Shown here: positions 62,022 to 64,000 of the stretch, piece by piece
Numbering within the stretch: position 1 is the stretch's first letter
Layout: the number at the start of each line of letters is the position of its first letter
DNA from: Pelagomonas calceolata
Lineage: Eukaryota
Assembly (NCBI GenBank): GCA_918797485.1
Contig: CAKKNE010000002.1
Span: forward strand, 4,526,001 to 4,590,000
Reading direction: 5' to 3'
DNA: 64,000 nt
The notes under the pieces: generated by a model
Databases searched by the model: none
Told to the model about the DNA's origin: nothing
The model's input: only the letters and a program-made list of their open reading frames with translations
Program-made: the position numbers and the translations under genes

Positions 62022-63629
62022 CTACCGAGACACCGCCGCCTCCCTTTCACGCTTGCGCCACGCCGTGATCGTCATGTCCCCGATGCGCTCGAGCGGCGGC
62101 GGGTGGTTGTCCTTCCAGCGCGTGTACTTGTCCGACCACATCTGCGTCGCGTCGGGCCCGTGGCCGTACATTTCCCAGAGTTCTAAGCCACAGGCAGCTA
62201 GCGCCGCCTCGATACGCTCCGCATCGCCGGCCGGCCAGAGCCCGTCCTCGGAGCAGAGCAGCGCGCCCTGATACGACTGGCCGGCCTTGCGCGCGGCACC
62301 CGAATAGTGGAAGACGGCCCAACTGAGATCATCGGCCGCGTCGACCGTCGTCCAATGTTCTTCGCTGACGATGCCATTGTCGAGCGTCGTCAAGGTCCAC
62401 AATCCCGGCACGCCGCCGCGGGGCACGCATCGGTAGTGGCGCTTCGTCCAGACCTGTGTGGAACCCGTCGCGGCGATGGCGTGGGGTTGAGCGATTTCCG
62501 CACCGGTCCAGACCAGCTCGCCCTGCAGCGTCTCGACGCAGAATACAGGGTCATACCAGAGCCCATCGCCGCTCTTGGTCGGGTAGAAGATCTGGTGCTG
62601 CATCGGAAACGCGTCGTAGGCCGGGTTCGCACCCACCACAATCTTCCAGGACCACGGCTGTTTAGAAGACGCCGAGGCGGGGTCCTCGAGGTGGCCGATG
62701 AAGATCTGCCGCGCCGCCTCGAGGTCGACGGGCCGGCCGCGCCACTGAGAGAGGACAGGTACTTTTGGTTCAGTCAGGATCGGCGCATCGGATTGGAAAC
62801 AATTGTTCTGCTGCAGGATGCACAGCGAGAACTCCTCCAGTTGTGGGGTCTCGTTGGACACGATCACTCGGTAAGACCCGACCTGATCCCTCAAATCCAC
62901 GGCGTTGAGCGCGTCGATGGCCGACTTCGTCTTCGGGTCGCTCAGCGCCGCCGCGATCTGCGGGCCGCAGCAGTCGGTCATGGTCTTGAACTCCTGGAGG
63001 TTCCTCACGACTCCTTTCTCCCAGCTAGGATTGATGTCGCTCGCGACCACGGCGCACGGCCGCACCAGTGCGTGCACAAGGAACAATGCGGCGAAGAGCG
63101 CGTCCTCGGAGGAACCGCGAGCCAGGAGCAATTCGCTCTGCGCCAGCAGTCGCGCGCGACTCGCCTTCGTCGTGAACGGGAGGGCCTTCTGCAGTTTATC
63201 TAAAATGCTGGCGGCGCCCGGTGTCCACCCCGCGCAGAACGCGAGCGCTTTGACGTCCGACGAGCACTCGTCGTCCGCCACGAAGCACGACGGCTGGAGC
63301 CGCGCCAGCGTCGCCTTCGTCTTTGAGACGTCCGTCACGCCCAGACCAATCACGACGTCGCCGGCCGCCGCGTCCGTCGTGCCGCTCACCTTTGCGTCGA
63401 AGTGCCCCACGCGTCTCGCGAGTTGAGACGCTACGGTGGCGTGAGCTGGATTTGGTCGCGGGCTCGACGCGCCGTATACCTTCGAAACGCCGTCGCCGTG
63501 CAAGAAGAGCACCGTGGCATCGTCACTGACAGCTCGCAGCGCCGCTGGCGTGCGCACGCGTCGGGTTGGTGCCAGCAGAGCGGTGCTCAGCTGGCAGCCC
63601 AAGAGTAGTACTAGGGCCCGTGCAGTCAT
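62022..63629 (-). CDS. VDR: Violaxanthin de-epoxidase-related (VDR) lipocalin-like protein, plastid-targeted
   Basis: FSLCILQQNNC, WKIVVGANPAYDAFP, WYDPVF, DNGIVSEEHW, DDLSWAVFHYSGAARKAGQSYQGA; contains a hidden in-frame intron. Confidence 0.85.
   Translation of the reverse strand: MTARALVLLLGCQLSTALLAPTRRVRTPAALRAVSDDATVLFLHGDGVSKVYGASSPRPNPAHATVASQLARRVGHFDAKVSGTTDAAAGDVVIGLGVTDVSKTKATLARLQPSCFVADDECSSDVKALAFCAGWTPGAASILDKLQKALPFTTKASRARLLAQSELLLARGSSEDALFAALFLVHALVRPCAVVASDINPSWEKGVVRNLQEFKTMTDCCGPQIAAALSDPKTKSAIDALNAVDLRDQVGSYRVIVSNETPQLEEFSLCILQQNNCFQSDAPILTEPKVPVLSQWRGRPVDLEAARQIFIGHLEDPASASSKQPWSWKIVVGANPAYDAFPMQHQIFYPTKSGDGLWYDPVFCVETLQGELVWTGAEIAQPHAIAATGSTQVWTKRHYRCVPRGGVPGLWTLTTLDNGIVSEEHWTTVDAADDLSWAVFHYSGAARKAGQSYQGALLCSEDGLWPAGDAERIEAALAACGLELWEMYGHGPDATQMWSDKYTRWKDNHPPPLERIGDMTITAWRKREREAAVSR
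62454..62513 (-). mobile_element. In-frame introner intron (60 nt, GT-AG)
   Basis: Perfect TSD GTCCAGAC (62446-62453, 62506-62513); ends CTGTGTGGAA / ATTTCCGCACCG. Confidence 0.85.
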
Positions 63630-63728
63630 CTTCGCGTCGACAGCGATGACAGCAGCAACAGATACAACAAGTTTGCCAACTATTGCGTCGCAAATAAGCG
63701 GAATACGCCTGGATGCGCTGGCTGTCGA

Positions 63729-63754
63729 GCTAGCGTCCTATAAAGACACTAGGC
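63729..63754 (+). promoter_or_regulatory. Double-CTAG intergenic motif copy
   Basis: GCTAGCGTCCTATAAAGACACTAGGC between divergent genes. Confidence 0.55.
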
Positions 63755-63886
63755 AGCGCTTTGTTTTTGGCCTTGATCATCCTGCTCGCAACCACCCACA
63801 GGGATCGTAAAAATCCGTAATTAATCATTTCAAGACGCCTGCCGCCGCGTAATGCAGTCGTAGGAGCAATACCACTGCAGGCTGCA

Positions 63887-64000
63887 ATGTGCTCACTGCT
63901 GCTGCTGCTCGTCGTCGCGCCGGCAGCAGCGCTGCGCGGCACCCCACTGCGCGCAACAACACGCCTCGACTACGACCACCTCTACCACATCGGCTCGCCC
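63887..64000 (+). CDS. 5' end of a gene with a signal peptide (runs off the window)
   Basis: MCSLLLLLVVAPAAALRG... open to the window end. Confidence 0.55.
   Translation, partial: MCSLLLLLVVAPAAALRGTPLRATTRLDYDHLYHIGSP

Overview
Gene-dense, very GC-rich eukaryotic nuclear DNA with about 38 mostly intron-poor protein-coding genes and intergenic spacers that are often under 300 bp. Gene content (plastid-type signal peptides, violaxanthin de-epoxidase-related protein, TilS, DUF1350) and intron style suggest a pelagophyte alga such as Pelagomonas or Aureococcus; this is inference. The main structure the ORF track misses is a family of introner elements. Eleven of the 16 introns I can delimit are MITE-like inserts with CTGTGTGGAAATCAA...TTGATTTCCACACAG-type terminal inverted repeats and 8-bp target-site duplications (TSD). 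The upstream TSD copy supplies the GT/GC donor and the element end supplies the AG, so splicing restores the reading frame in either insertion orientation. A second recurrent signal is a ~27-bp double-CTAG motif (GCTAGCGGC-N-GTAAGACACTAGCAAGC) in about 10 upstream, mostly divergent, intergenic regions. Several proteins have unusual architectures: RNase T2-TM-ET, PBZ-SIM-UIM-UBX, a split J-domain, RPA1-N fused to a helical body, a GPR155/LYCHOS-like transporter, and an RBR ligase ending in CaaX. A lower-GC non-genic block at 46.0-47.5 kb may be a decayed element. I recognised no rRNA, tRNA or CRISPR. All domain calls come from motif recognition by eye, not database searches.
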